Shown piece after piece: positions 62,348 through 64,000 of a stretch of 64,000 nucleotides of DNA. Position 1 is the stretch's first letter. Each line of letters opens with the position of its first letter. A model generated the notes under the pieces. It was not told the origin of the DNA and made no database searches. It saw nothing but the letters and a program-made list of their open reading frames with translations. The DNA is from Eledone cirrhosa (Eukaryota). The stretch is from the NCBI GenBank assembly GCA_964016885.1, contig OZ024748.1, forward strand, positions 20,832,001-20,896,000, given 5' to 3'. The translations under genes and the position numbers were made by a program.

Positions 62348-62394
62348 TGCCGACAGCCGTTTCGTCCGACCCCATGGTGGGACTTATCAAGGCA
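62348..62394 (-). ncRNA. hammerhead motif, U3-A8 variant
   Basis: UGCC-UUGAUAA-GUCC..GGAC-GAAA-CGGCUG-UC-GGCA. Confidence 0.72.
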
Positions 62395-62590
62395 TATAAC
62401 ATGTGATTGCAAGATCATTGTTTACATCAACGTATCACTCAAGGCTAGCAGTTTAGCTACCGTCACATATTTGGTAAGTCAGACGTGATCATCGCGATTC
62501 ACATACGACCTACCATACATCTTACTTATATATATATATATATATATATAATATATTAATAAATGGAAAGTATATTTATAAAACCATAAT

Positions 62591-62655
62591 TATTTTATTA
62601 TATATATTTCAAGGACAACCAAGGCAGTTTTGGTGCGCTTTCATCAGATAAAATA
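62591..62655 (-). ncRNA. type-I hammerhead motif
   Basis: UAUUUUAU-CUGAUGA-AAG..CUU-GAAA-UAUAUA-UA-AUAAAAUA. Confidence 0.75.
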
Positions 62656-62728
62656 CCAAATTTGTTTTATAAATGTTGACATACCCTTAGAAAAACAACC
62701 TTGACGGTTGAAGGTTCGCTGGATAGTC

Positions 62729-62763
<35 letters not shown>

Positions 62764-63014
62764 ATACATATGTGTGTGTGTGTGTGTGTGTATACATATG
62801 TGTGTGTGTGTATTCGAGCTGCAGTCAGGGACATTGTTCAGGCTTTCGGAAATTTCTATATTTGAAATATAGTCGTCCCAATGCACACGACAATAATAAT
62901 AGTTGATTCCTATAAATTAAGGGGTTTGATTCCTCGCAGAAGTCTATCTTCATTTTTTTCTATCTCAATGGGATATTTTACCGGATTTTCTCAACTATTA
63001 TTGGTAGTGATCGA

Positions 63015-63438
63015 GGGCAGTGGATTAGCAGAATCGGTAGAGCGTCAGACACAATGCTCTTTGTGGTATTTAATTACAACTTTCTACGTTCTTAGTTCAA
63101 ATCCCGCCGAGGTCAACTTTGTCTTCGTCCTTCCGAGATCCATAATATAAAGTACCAATTAAGTACTGGGATCGATATTATTGGCTTATCCTCTTCTCCC
63201 GAATCGATAGCCTTCTGCCAATGCCAGATAGAGTTATTTATAACGATCGACTATGGCAGTATCGGTAGAGGGTCGGACGCTATGCTTTGTTGCATAGTGT
63301 TACGCCCCCTTACAGTCTGAGTTCACATCCCTCCGAGGTTAACTTTACCTTTCATCCTTATGAGGTCGAAAAAATAATGTACCAGTAATGCACTGGAATA
63401 ATTGCTGGCCTTGTGCCAAAAGTAGAAACTATTATTAT
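63015..63438 (+). mobile_element. two tandem SINE family 1 copies (old, then younger)
   Basis: A/B boxes and core at 63015-63235 and 63254-63438. Confidence 0.8.
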
Positions 63439-63748
63439 CGTCACTTGCGTTGGGCAACTACACTTTAAATCTCAAAAGTGTAAGCGTTTGCTTATGATTT
63501 GCTATTTTGTTTACTTTGATTTTATGTCTTGTATTGTAGTGGTCTCTAAGTGCCTGCATATATTGAACAATGTATGAATAGCAAGGAATATATAGACAGC
63601 AGATGATGTCATATATATTAAATACAAACAAAAAGAATCGCAGAAAATCTATCTATTTATCTATCTACCTATTTAACTTTTTATATATCTATCTAGTTAG
63701 CAAGCTATCTATTTATCTATCTATATCTTTCTATCTATCTATCTATTG

Positions 63749-64000
63749 GGAGAAGCGCAGACATGCGCAATCCCGACCAGGTCCATACACGACAACCTCC
63801 ACCTCATGCGATACATCATAGAGAGGGTAGGGTGTAAACCCGGCTTCGGTGGGGCCCTGATCAACTTGGATCAGTCTAAGGCTTTCGATATGGTTGACCA
63901 TCGTTACCTGCATGCGGTGCTCGAGGCGGCAGGCTTCGGACCCGTGTTCAGGGGCTGGATTGCTGCAAAGCAGAACAGCAACATCTGCTCAAGGGTCAAG
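63749..64000 (+). mobile_element. L1/Tx1-clade reverse transcriptase fragment, runs off the window
   Basis: GEAQTCAIPTRSIHDNLHLMRYII..ALINLDQSKAFDMVDHRYLHAVLEAAGFGPVFRGWI, a D..KAFD motif in L1/Tx1 context. Confidence 0.88.

Overview
Repeat-saturated, AT-rich eukaryotic non-coding DNA (intergenic or intronic). The SINE content and microsatellite load suggest a cephalopod, probably Octopus (inference). I can recognise no host gene or functional RNA gene. Almost all ORFs in the track are microsatellite artefacts. Real content: many tRNA-derived SINE copies; 3' fragments of restriction-like-endonuclease (RLE) LINEs sitting in (CATA)n and (TAA)n; an RTE-type LINE end; an L1/Tx1-type RT fragment; and minisatellites of 49, 29, 54 and 24 bp. 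The main hidden signal is in the short 'unique' islands between (TA)n tracts. About ten sequence-unrelated families carry minimal type-I hammerhead ribozyme (HHR) motifs, usually with a palindromic stem III, and some have variant cores (U3-A8 covariation, U10.1-U11.1, A4). Six of these families share one architecture: (TA)n, short inverted arm, HHR arm, 3' extension, (TA)n. This points to a diverse population of (TA)n-associated Penelope-like or retrozyme-like retroelements. All folds were read by eye and none has been tested.
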